From Lama glama (lineage: Eukaryota), in the NCBI GenBank assembly GCA_028534125.1, contig CM052817.1, positions 79,610,001 through 79,674,000 of the forward strand: DNA of 64,000 bases. Direction: 5' to 3'. This document shows positions 27,761 through 39,148 of the stretch, in pieces (positions within the stretch are counted from its first letter, which is position 1; each line of letters starts with the position of its first letter). Below the pieces are notes generated by a model, which had not been told where the DNA came from, made no database searches, and saw only the letters and a list, made by a program, of their open reading frames with translations. The translations under genes and the position numbers were made by a program.

Positions 27761-28218
27761 GTTGGTGGTCGCTCTCTCTGCCGCCCCCCCCCCGCCTCCC
27801 TCCCCCTTCCCTTATCTCCTCTTCTCACCCCTCCCCTTACCTAAGTTCTCCAAGAATCTTGCCTTTTAATTCTCATTTTCGTTCTCTCCTTTCTTATCAT
27901 TTCTTTTTTCTCCCCTTATTTCTGTACTCCTCACCCTGCTTCCAGGTTTTTTTCTCTTTTCTCTCAGGCGAGAGCCCGTGGCTCATGTTCTCATTGTACA
28001 GCCCTCCTAACTGATGCTTGGACTAAAGAGTAGCTGATTCCTGCTGCACTTTGATCTAAGTTGTTAAGTGACATTTAAAGTTGCAATTTAAGATAACTTG
28101 CTATTGATCCAGGGAAGACAAGCTAACTTGTTTATTAGTACAACATTTTATTTGACGTCAGATATTACAATAGTAAACAACTGCCTAAAGTCACCCTTTT
28201 TCTCTCCCATTTCATTAG

Positions 28219-28328
28219 GCTGCTTCTCTAAAGGATAAGTGGGGTTTGGGTTACAAACCAAGTTACAGCCGATCGAAAAGCATTTCGGCTTCTGGAAGAC
28301 CACCTCTTAAGCGAATGGAAAGGGCAAG
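28219..28328 (+). CDS. BLTP1: BLTP1 exon 13 AASLKDKW...RMERAS
   Basis: cattag| and aag|gtaata; 110 nt, phase 0->2. Confidence 0.95.
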
Positions 28329-28977
28329 GTAATAAATATTTCAACCAATGAAAGAATAAAATTGCTGATTTCTTTACCAAGGTTCATTACTGATTTATTG
28401 TGTTCTAACTGGGGAAATTACAAAATTAAGATAGCAAATGGACCTTATTAGTCAAAGACCAGTAATCAGGGATACTGGCAAACTAAATTTGAGAAATTCC
28501 TCTACACCATTTATACCACAGTGAGTGTGCTTTTTAGTAATGAAGTACATTGCTATTTAGACAAGTTTATGTGTAAACTTATATACTATCCAAAGAAATG
28601 AATATTTGCATATTAGTAGCTCACTGTGAATTTGTCATTTTAGGAAAAGGTATGATTAGTACACACATTTAGCATATGAAAAGATGGAAATTTTACATAT
28701 TATTGAAGAAAACTACAGTTTTACTAGTAAATGAACATTGTAAAGTAAGTATAAATTCTTTTTTATAAGGTTTAGTTTTAGAAAATCTTGTGTCAAAGCA
28801 ATGAATTTCTTTTATGGGATGCTAAAGGTTAAGAAATGGAATACCAGAAGTTCAATCCTTGGATAAGGTTAATGTTTAGAAACAGAATGTTAATGTTATT
28901 AATCAGACTTTATAAAGTCCAGGGATTTTTTTTGAACGAGAATGTTTATGTTTTATAACTTTCTATTTTACTTACAG

Positions 28978-29068
28978 TTCCCGAGTAGGAGAATCTGAGG
29001 AGCTCCCGGAAATCCGCGTGGATGCAGCATCTCCTGGACCCAGAGTCACTTTCAATATCCAGGATACA
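28978..29068 (+). CDS. BLTP1: BLTP1 exon 14 SRVGESEE...FNIQDT
   Basis: ttacag| and aca|gtaaga; 91 nt, phase 2->0. Confidence 0.95.
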
Positions 29069-29344
29069 GTAAGAGATTATTTGTTAGACATACACAGTGC
29101 TAATAATTTTTAGGAATTACAAAATTATAATGGTTATGCAGTTTCAAAATACTACCTACCTACTGTGAAAGTGTCGATTGTGATGGTTGAAGTGTCTGTA
29201 CATTACCAAACGGCAGGGCACCGCCTGCGCGCGGGCACCAGGGAGCCATGCTGCCGGTGTTCGTGTTTTGCATGTAGAATAAAGACTCCTCCACACCGCT
29301 TGCTCATAGGTGGAAATGTTTTGTTGAATAATTTTTCTTTCAAG

Positions 29345-29365
29345 TGCAAATCCACATTAAACCAG
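29345..29365 (+). CDS. BLTP1: Candidate 21-nt microexon (CKSTLNQ)
   Basis: tttttctttcaag| TGCAAATCCACATTAAACCAG |gtattt; frame-preserving in a phase-0 intron. Confidence 0.45.
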
Positions 29366-30582
29366 GTATTTTACACAGATGTAGATGTGAAATGTTTGTA
29401 CTTTATATATTTTTATTATTTATTAATTTTAGTTCAGAATATATATAGATAATAGGAGAAACCAGAAATAAAAAGGTCAGCTTCAAAGTTGTATTCTAAT
29501 TTTGTAGCATGTTAAAGTTTATGTTAAAATGTTCTGTTTTTTGTTTATTTGTTTCTTTTAAAGCATTGTTTTTTATTTTTCATGAATTTTTATAAGTTTT
29601 CTTATTATTTTAATTAAGTTGAAAAAAACAGTATGGGGAAGTACACCACAATCCAGCTGTCCTGGGGAAGGGTATTTTCAGGTACTTTTTAAGAACAACA
29701 TAAATTTTGCTTTAAAACTAATTAACCACTCTCAAAATCTGCTTTCAAATATCTTCCTCTCATTTCATACTAAATTCATACCTTGAAGATGCTTTACATA
29801 GAGGTTTAAGATTGTTTGAATATTTTTCATCCTGTATATTTCATATGCTGTCGCATGAATGTATTTTACTTCTGTACTTCTTTATAATTTAATAGTAATT
29901 ACTTGATCTCCAAAATTAAAAAAGGATTAAATCAGCTTACCAAATTAATTCAACCAAATCATAAGCCACAAACTGCCGTACCTTAGTTATTCACTAGTTC
30001 CTGAGTGAATCTCTTTTTCCTGCATTCAGCTACAAAATGAATCTTTTTAGGTAAAATTAGTTACCTAATTCAAGCTAGAATCAAATCTATCTCAGAACAA
30101 CAAATTAATCACTGAATGTTATTTATTTTGAGTCACTTGTATAAAAAAGCATGTATAAAAGCAACCCATTAAAAAATTATGAAAATGTGGAAAATGTGCT
30201 ACACAATCATTTATAAATTGAATTAACACCTTTATAAGCCACGTATTTTCCCTAAATAAAAGTTATAAAGTAAAATTTAATTTTAAAATTGTATCTGTAC
30301 AGTAGGTATATAAATCTTTAGGAACTTTCTGTCAAATTACGTTTAAAAAAAATGAAACTTATTCCACATTTGTTTTCTTTCCCTTCCCCCACTCGTTTAA
30401 GAAAGTCTCAATATAGATCCCATAGTTACACTGAATTTAGTCAAACTGAATTTTGTTTTAGAACTATAAGATTATAATATAGTGACCTTGACAAATATGT
30501 CCTTTTTTTTTTTCTAAAAATGAGCTTGGAAATAAATCATTTACAGTGAATTAAATGGATTCTACTAATTAAGTGATTATTT

Positions 30583-30679
30583 TTTTCCTGTCCAACATTT
30601 TAAAAAATTGAGATATAATTGACATGTAACATTATTTTCAGGTGTATAACATAATTTTTTTACATACATATATATTGTG
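30583..30679 (-). mobile_element. Short L1 3'-end fragment
   Basis: attgagatataattgacatgtaacatt...tttcaggtgtataacataat, flanked by aagtgatt repeats. Confidence 0.6.
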
Positions 30680-31364
30680 AAGTGATTTATTCCTAAAAGC
30701 ATTAGTATTTGAACTGATTCAAGCCCTATTTTTAAATAGCAATATATGCTATCTATAAAGAATAGTATATAAGAATCATAAGTTACAAAGTAGATTATTA
30801 AGGCATAAATAGAAAATATAAAGCAAAGGGATATTTATCTATATCTATATCTAGATATTTATATCTATAAACTCTTACCACAGTTTTAAAAATTGAATAT
30901 TTTCTGATAAATAAAATCTGATTTACTTATTTAGTAAATAATTGTATTTTATAAAACATGAAGAAAAGCTAGATTCTGCAGATGTTTGAGATTTTGATTA
31001 TGGGATTTCACTCTGCATCTGATAGTAGCATCAATAAATTTACCTTGCACATTACACTTTACAAAGGCTTACCACATTCTCAAAGGGATATGCAAGCAAC
31101 TCTCACAACTGGGAAACCAAATTAGGTCACAGGAAGTTTTGGGGTTTTTTGACCTATTTAAATACAGTAGCCTCCTGGTGCAGTTAGCGACGTGGTATTT
31201 ATACAAACTATTCACCTTAAAATATAGAGTTCTTAGCTTTGGTTGATTGATATGCTTTATTACATAACTATTTGCACATCTGTCTTCAACCCATTAGGGG
31301 CCCATTTTTAATAGAGTTATCCACAAAACGTATCTGGAAGCTTGAAGTATGTTCTATACAGACT

Positions 31365-31562
31365 CTGCATGCTCTCCCATCACTAACTGCTCTCCTCCCC
31401 TTCTACTTTTTAGTTGATCACATTGTTTCTTTTGTCTCCACAGCATGTTTAATCTATGCTTCACTGCATGCTCTCCCATCACTAACTGCTCTCCTCCCCT
31501 TCTACTTTTTAGTTGATCACATTGTTTCTTTTGTCTCCACAGCATGTTTAATCTATGCTTCA
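31365..31562. repeat. Perfect 2 x 99-bp tandem duplication
   Basis: 31365-31463 is identical to 31464-31562 by direct reading; also visible as repeated peptides in the ORF track. Confidence 0.97.
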
Positions 31563-31862
31563 AAGAATTGCAATATATATGTACTAATTAATATGATGAT
31601 ATATGCTTATGTAAAGTAAAATTTCACTCTTAGTTTTTCATGTGTCAGTGGTGTGACTTTCTGTGGTTGGAACTTCTGCTTCCTTCCTTGGTGTGCCATT
31701 TTGTATGTTCGTAAAGCTGACCTTTCTTTCAGATCAGAGTAAGGAAATTCAACTCTGAGAGAAATTTTAAATGCTTAAAATCTATCTTTTTCTTTTTCTT
31801 TTTTTAACCAAAAAGAAGTTTATAATGCAAACCTGATTTATGTTTTCTCTTTTTACAATCAG

Positions 31863-32116
31863 TTTCCAGAGGAGACAGAACTGGACCTTTTGTCAGTAAC
31901 CATTGAAGGTCCATCCAATTACTCATCAAATAGTGAAGGATCATATTCCATGTTCAGTTCACCCAAAACTCCTGGAGGCTTTACACCAGGCATTGCTTTT
32001 CAACCTGAAGAGGGCCGACGGGATGACAGTTCATCTTCTACCAGTGAAGATTCCGAGAAGGATGAAAAGGATGAAGACCATGAGAGGGAAAGGTTTTATA
32101 TTTACAGGAAACCCTC
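31863..32116 (+). CDS. BLTP1: BLTP1 exon 15 FPEETELD...YIYRKPS
   Basis: aatcag| and ctc|gtgagt; 254 nt, phase 0->2. Confidence 0.95.
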
Positions 32117-32665
32117 GTGAGTAGCCTTTTTCTTTTAAGATCATTAGGCAGTATTTTAGTATCTAGAATTGAGCTTAAAGCATTTTTTTACAGGAAAAAT
32201 ATCTTAAATATGCCTAGCCAGAGTGATACTAAGAGACATATCCATGGTTTACTAATATGATTTAGTTCCATATGGCATTATTTTTTCTTTCCTTGTTTTT
32301 CTTTTAATAAAATCTAGAAAGTAGCATTTAAATTTTGCAATTTGCCCAAATGAAATCTCCAAAATGTGGAATGTAGTTCATACACTGATATCCAGACTCC
32401 TTAATGGCAGTGATGGTGCCTGTGTCCTGAGCATGTAGCACATTGCCTGGCATGTAATAGTTACTCATTATGTAGCTGTTGAATAAAATGTGACTCCATT
32501 AAACTAAGGAAAATCTTCAGTTAGCATGAGCTAGTTGAATAATTTGAATTTATGATATAGTAAAATTTATTTATAGACTATTGCTCACATAACATGATGG
32601 AAAATAGTTTGTTGAAAACTCTTCCCATTTTACTGCAATGTAATGACCAGCTGTTCTTTCTCTAG

Positions 32666-32881
32666 ACACACATCTCGTAAAAAAGCAACAGGCTTTGCTG
32701 CTGTTCATCAGCTATTTACAGAACGCTGGCCAACAGCACCAGTCAACCGAAGTCTTAGTGGCACAGCTACAGAGAGAAATATTGACTTTGAACTTGATAT
32801 ACGAGTTGAAATTGATAGTGGAAAATGTGTGCTCCACCCAACTACCCTTCTACAAGAACATGATGATATAAGCTTGAGAAG
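32666..32881 (+). CDS. BLTP1: BLTP1 exon 16 HTSRKKAT...DDISLRR
   Basis: ctctag| and aag|gtaaga; 216 nt, phase 2->2. Confidence 0.95.
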
Positions 32882-33479
32882 GTAAGATATTGTTCAGAAA
32901 AGGGTACATATAGGTTCATTTGTCAGAAATACTATTTATGTGTCACTAATCAATACAAACATTTTCCTCCTACATCCCCAAATGCAGATTTAAAGAGTAT
33001 ATAATCATAATTGGAATCTTTGCATGTTTATTTGTATAACATACTATTTCTTTAAACAAACGTATATTTTCTAGTGATTAGAAATGGACATGTGATTTAG
33101 ATTCTAGCAAAATTTTTAATTAAAATAGTTATATCTTTGGAATTCTCCTAAACAAGCACGAATTTCTCACTTAGTCTCTGTTCTTGTATTGTGCACATTT
33201 CCATTTCAAATAACAGTACAATACTCAGAGATATCTTGTTATTGGGAGTTTTGATGAATTCATAAAGATATAAGAAAGATTAGGAAACAATTGCACAGAG
33301 AGGCCTTAAGAAAATGCAATGTTGTTCAGGCTGTAACTGCAGCTTTACCATTTGTTTTCATCATTTAAGGAACAGTGGTATAAATAGGCTTACGGTTAGA
33401 TTATTTTTTCTCTGAATTTTTATTTTGTTTTTACTTTCTAATCTAAAAAAGAATTATAAGAAAATAATAACATTAATGA

Positions 33480-33635
33480 TTGAGTGGATGGGTAGGGAGT
33501 GGGTGGAGATGTAGATAATACAAGGAAGCAGAATGCTAACAGTTGTTGAAGCCGGGAGATGGATCCATGGGGTCTACTCTACCATTCTGTTTACTTTTTT
33601 TATGTTTGAAATTTTCTATAATAAAAAAATTTTTA
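33480..33635 (+). mobile_element. Old L1 (L1MC/ME-like) 3' end
   Basis: gttgttgaagccgggagatggatccatgggg...tatgtttgaaattttctataataaaaa. Confidence 0.65.
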
Positions 33636-33740
33636 AATGGTCTCTTTGTCTAATGAGGGTTTTATAAAATGAGAAGATAAAAAGACACTCTAAACAGTTG
33701 AATTCTTATAATAGTGATGATAAAAAGAATGACTGTTTAT

Positions 33741-33831
33741 TTTTGGTTGAACCACAATAAACCAAAATAAATTGCCCATATACAGCTGTTTTTACCTGTG
33801 TAAAAGGCAGTTTCATTTGGTTCAACCTAAT
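33741..33831. mobile_element. MADE2-like mariner MITE (palindromic)
   Basis: ggttgaacca...aaattgcc / ggcagtttcatttggttcaacctaat inverted termini match the recalled MADE2 consensus. Confidence 0.75.
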
Positions 33832-34082
33832 GTGCTCAAGTGAAACTAATTGTGACCTCAGGAAAGAATAAAGGTAACTGCCCTCAGTAGTTATGGAACA
33901 TACGACAGAAGCCTTGTCCGTGCAAGGATCAACCAGTTTAGCTAGAGACACTGATGAGCTTCCCTTTCTCAACTTTATTAATATTTTACCTTCTATGTAC
34001 TGTATAAATGAAAGTCTGATTTTAAACAAAATAAAAGGAGAGAAATGTCTTTTAAAAAGATAAAGTATTTTTCTATTTATAG

Positions 34083-34263
34083 GAGTTATGATAGAAGTTC
34101 CAGGAGTTTAGATCAAGATTCTCCTTCAAAAAAGAAGAAGTTTCAAACTAATTATGCTTCCACCACCCATTTAATGACTGGCAAGAAAGTGCCATCATCT
34201 CTACAAACAAAGCCTAGTGACTTAGAAACAACAGTATTTTATATTCCTGGAGTTGATGTAAAG
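34083..34263 (+). CDS. BLTP1: BLTP1 exon 17 SYDRSSRS...PGVDVK
   Basis: ttatag| and aag|gtaaaa; 181 nt, phase 2->0. Confidence 0.95.
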
Positions 34264-34781
34264 GTAAAAACCTAAATGTCTAGGATACGGGATTAGGTTA
34301 TTAGTAGCCATGTTTATCTTCTATCATATATGTTCTTCCTTCACCAGTTACATTAAAATGAGACTTTCTGAAGTTTTTCTCTGATATAACCATATTCTGA
34401 ATATGAGACTGTCTAAATTGGTTGCCTTTTTTTCCATGAAATGTTGATAAAAACAAGTTAATTCTCTCTTTTTTATTCATTGATATTCATAACATATTTG
34501 TCAAACCTTGCCTAGTGCAACTTTATTAAACAATTGTTTTTTTAGACTATAGACATACACAATCCTAGAATGTTAAACTAGAAAGAATTTAAAATATTAT
34601 CTAGGATGACCTTTTTAATTTTAAAAATGAAAAAAAGCTAATAAGGAACTTGCTGGTATCACAGAGCTAACTTGTAAAATCTGGCTCCTGGACCAGTGTT
34701 CCTTCTACCACATTTTTGTATATTTCTTGATTTTCCTCATCTGCATACTTTTAATTTGGAAGTTTTTTTGCTTCAATACAG

Positions 34782-34983
34782 TTGCATTACAATTCCAAGA
34801 CTCTAAAGACTGAATCACCTAATGCCTCCAGAGGATCTTCTTTGCCAAGAACACTCTCTAAAGAGTCCAAGCTGTATGGTATGAAAGATAGTGCAACATC
34901 TCCTCCTTCTCCTCCTTTACCTTGCACTGTCCAGAGCAAGACTAACACCTTACTTCCTCCCCAACCCCCACCTATTCCCTCAG
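34782..34983 (+). CDS. BLTP1: BLTP1 exon 18 LHYNSKTL...PPPIPS
   Basis: atacag| and cag|gtattt; 202 nt, phase 0->1. Confidence 0.95.
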
Positions 34984-35341
34984 GTATTTAAGGAAAATAT
35001 ACTTTATTTTTAATTTTTTTCATAAATTAATTTTTAGTCATCACCTACTTGCTCTATTGAGATTTTCAAACTCACATGTTTAAGGAAAAAGGGCATAGAC
35101 TTATTGATAGTGACTGTACAAAATTTGTATATGGAAATGTGGGCCAACTGCTTTTGGCTACTTCTCAAATTGATATGACCTTAGAATATCAGTTGTTAAA
35201 CTTAATATACTAAATAGTTTACTGAATTTTTTAGATCCATGTATATTTAGAGAAAGTCTTATTTCAAATTTGAGAGCGCATGACCTAGATGCAAACATCA
35301 GACATATACCTTTAAGACAGAGTACATTGGACTTAACCACA

Positions 35342-35856
35342 TTTATTAATTATCTATAATTGAGTAAGAAATTATGCAAAACTTGGTGGTTTATAATCTC
35401 AGAAACAAATTTCTGTGGGTCAGAAATTCATGAGCAGTTTGGCTGGGTGAATCTAACCTCACGGTCTTTTATGAAGTTGCAGTCAAGATGTTGGCTAGGG
35501 CTGCAGCCATCCAAATGCATGACTGGGTCTGGAAAATCTGATTCCATCCTATCCCATTCATGTGGCTGGCAAGCTGGTACTTTAGTTTCTCCCCACATGG
35601 GCCTCTCCACTAGGCCACTTGAGTGTTCTAATGACATGGCAGTCAATGTTCCCTCAAAATGAATGATCCAAAAGAAAACATGGCTGAAACTGCAGTATCT
35701 TTTATAGCTTAGTCTCAGAAGTCACATATCATTACTCCCACAGTATCTTACTGATCACACAAGTCGGCCTTATACAGTGTAGGAGTGAATTACCCAAGGG
35801 CACAAATACCAGGAGGCAGGGACCACTGGAAGCTATTTTGAAATCTGGCTACAACA
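35342..35856 (-). mobile_element. MaLR solo LTR (MLT1F/G/H-like)
   Basis: Ends caagggcacaaataccaggaggcagggaccactgg...ctggctacaaca, the reverse complement of the MLT1 5' end; internal ccacatgggcctctcca motif. Confidence 0.85.
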
Positions 35857-36699
35857 CCACATGAATTATATCTTATACATGTAGTAGAATTTCCAAAAAA
35901 GGGAGTATTGGACTGGACAAGAATTATTTGAAAAAGCTGTATTTGAGAGATGTAACGATACATAAATCTTGTAAAGTAGCCAGAAATTATGATAATAATG
36001 CCTAATGTTTTATTTCACTTTTAAATTGACAAGTTATATGAATGTCCATTAAGTGCGGGACAGATATTAGCCCTGTTTTCTATATAGGAAGAAAGGTAAA
36101 GCTCATACAAGGTGAATTTCTTAGGTTTACAAACTAAAATATGTTGGACTTGGAAACCTAAACCAAAGTTAGCTACATCTTAGCTCTTACAACCACTCTG
36201 TTGATTGGAAATACTTAGTCAGGTAGAAGGAGAGAGAGATGCAGCCTGTGTAGGGAGGCAGTATAAAAATATACAAGGTAAGACCAGCAAGAACATAGGA
36301 AAGCCTATAAACAATGATGTTTTTCCTCACTTGCCACAAAACACTGTTCGTTAGAGGTCTCTATGTCTTACTTCTTAAGTGGACAAAATAATAAAAAATG
36401 AGAGACTAAAATAATACTGAGAGAGTTAGCAAAGTATAAACTTGAAAAATTGAGCCAAAATTTGTGACCTAGAGCAAGTAGGAACAACTGTTGTGTTTAT
36501 ATACACCATTAGTCATCTCTGAATTCTAACAATAATGTATCATCATTTCTATCAACCTATTTTTATTGCATTCTTCTATGATTTTAATTATAAGGTGCTT
36601 CATCCGATTAAACTGTCATAATTCTGATTTCTCACAAAATTATCATATGTTTTATGAAAACTATTTATTAAACTCACTTCACATTTGTAAATGTTCTAG

Positions 36700-36861
36700 C
36701 CAAAGGAAAAGGAAGTGGAGGAGTGAAAACAGCCAAGTTATATGCCTGGGTAGCACTTCAGTCATTGCCAGAGGAAATGGTTATTAGTCCCTGCCTATTA
36801 GACTTCCTGGAAAAGGCTCTGGAAACTATCCCAATTACACCAATTGAAAGGAATTATACAA
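36700..36861 (+). CDS. BLTP1: BLTP1 exon 19 AKGKGSGG...IERNYT
   Basis: ttctag| and caa|gtgagt; 162 nt, phase 1->1. Confidence 0.95.
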
Positions 36862-37391
36862 GTGAGTGTCCTCCTTATATACTTGCATATCGCATGTATT
36901 CTGGGATCCTGCTACTTTAGAAGCATTTCTTAAAGCTATTACTTATTATTATATAATATATTCAATGATAAATATAAAAGAATTGTAGAACTGAAAAAGA
37001 ACTTGAGAGGTCATCCAGCTTTCATTTACAAATGAAGAAACTTAAGTCCTGGTGGTGTTTTACGATTCTCCCACGGCCACAGCTAGTTAATGACAAACTT
37101 AACATCCTTAGGTCCTAAATTAGTGTGTCTCTTGGGCTGGAAACTCCTTGAGGGCAAAGGCATAATTACTGTTTTCTTTGTACACTGCTTGGTAACAGCA
37201 GGGAATCGGAGTTTGGAGGAATGAGTAAGAGATTTGAACAGGGAAAGATGTCCAGACTGATGGGCTGTGGAAGCCAGTCTTTCTGTGTATTTGTACCCTT
37301 GATCTCAGCACTAGCATAAGAGAAACAGATCTTTCAATAAATAATTTGCCCTTGCCCTAACAGTAAAACTTAAAGCTAAATATTTTAACAG

Positions 37392-37531
37392 CTGTCAGCT
37401 CACAAGATGAAGATATGGGACATTTTGAAATACCAGATCCTATGGAAGAATCAACAACATCATTAGTATCCTCTTCAACATCTGCTTACTCTTCCTTCCC
37501 TGTAGACGTTGTGGTTTATGTACGAGTTCAG
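37392..37531 (+). CDS. BLTP1: BLTP1 exon 20 VSSQDEDM...VYVRVQ
   Basis: taacag| and cag|gtaata; 140 nt, phase 1->0. Confidence 0.95.
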
Positions 37532-38010
37532 GTAATATAGTTCATTTATTCCTTTTTGCTTTAAAGAAAAGCTTTTTTCTTAAGTTTATTTGAACATTTA
37601 AAATATTATTTCTCTTATACATTTTCTTAACCGTGAGTTCATGGACCTTTAGCATGTTTATGATACTCGAGGTTGCCTAAACCTCTGGGAAGTATATGTA
37701 CAATTTTATGTGTTTATTTACTTTTCTGCTGAGGAGCTTCATAGATCTTCTGTGTTTTCAAAATTTAGATCTTATACTTTTGAGGCAAAAGTGAAAATAT
37801 GTAAGTTAAAACCCCTTTTTAGCATTTTATGCCTTTTTTTATTATGGCACCTATTATTCTTGTCATTATGGTCATTTGGGGGCGGATATAAAGCAAAATT
37901 GAGACATCAAAGTCACATTAGTATCTTTGTTAGATTTTTCTGAGAGTTATATAACCTCTATTTAATATTTTATTCCAAAATTCACTCCTATCTGTAGGTC
38001 TTTAGGAATA

Positions 38011-38306
38011 TAGGCATACCTCAGAGACATTGTGGGTTCAGTTCCAGAACACTGCAGTAAAGCGAGTACCATGAATTTTTTGATCTCCTAGTGCATATAA
38101 GTTATGTTCATATTATACTGTAGACTATTAAGTGTCCAAAAGCATTATGTCTTTAAAAAAAAAAAAAAACGAATGCCCTTACCTTAATTAAAAATAACAC
38201 CATTGGAAAAATGGCACCATTAGATTTGCTCAAGGTAGGATTGCCAAAAACCTTCAATTTGTGAAAAACTCAACATCTGCAAAGCACAATAAAACGAAGT
38301 ATGGCA
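38011..38306 (-). mobile_element. Internally deleted Tigger1-type DNA transposon
   Basis: Both termini present (taggcatacctcagagacattgtgggttc...; ...gcacaataaaacgaagtatggca), flanked by TA. Confidence 0.85.
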
Positions 38307-38946
38307 TATTAGCATCTGATTGAGTCCATTTATTAAGGACGATTTGACTTGTATCCAAACTTCAAGGTGAAGTTTGCTCCGAATTAACATTTTATAATCA
38401 GTCTTAAGAATTAAAAAAAAAACAAACGGTCATCTGTTCAGATTAATTTGTACACTAGCAATTTGGTCAAAAGAGCTTCAGTTTGATCTTCTCTGCACTA
38501 GCTTTTTTGAAGATATGATAAAAACAAGTAATGAGTGAGGATTTGAGAGTTTATAAAATGAGTTATTAATGCAGTAGCCTTTTAAAATTTTTAATATAAA
38601 GGAAATTACTTCTTTAAAGGACTTGATTATGAACAATATGGACATAAATATCTTTAACATTCTGAATCATCTAAATGTCTACATATCTACTTCTAAAAGA
38701 TAGTTCCCCAAATATTTAGAGTTTTTAAAAATGATACCATTTTATAAATACATTTTGGTTAATGTATCATGTGTCTATCTGAAAAACTAGGACATTAAAC
38801 ATAAAATTCTTTTAAGTGTCAAATAATACTGGTATATGTAGACTGAAATCAAAATTGAATGTACTGTTTGAAGTCCAATGGGAAATTTTTTAACCATCTA
38901 GTTCCTAAAAGCTTCTTTTTTCCTTTTGGCTTCCCACACTTTCCAG

Positions 38947-39148
38947 CCCTCACAGATCAAGTTCAGCTGTTTACCAGTGTCCAGAGTGGAATGCATGCTA
39001 AAGCTGCCATCCCTGGACTTGGTGTTTTCTTCAAACCGAGGAGAACTAGAGACTTTAGGGACGGCGTGCCCTGCAGAGACCGTCCCCCCCGGAGCTAACG
39101 CTGCTCAGAGTGGAATGAAGACTTGTGCAGGCAAAACTGCAACGCCAG
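38947..39148 (+). CDS. BLTP1: BLTP1 exon 21 PSQIKFSC...GKTATPG
   Basis: ttccag| and cag|gtgcgg; 202 nt, phase 0->1. Confidence 0.93.

Noticed and set aside
31365..31562. CRISPR-like array or repeat-protein gene
   Set aside because: Only two abutting identical units with no spacers, in a mammalian intron; the repeated peptides are a by-product of the 99-bp length.
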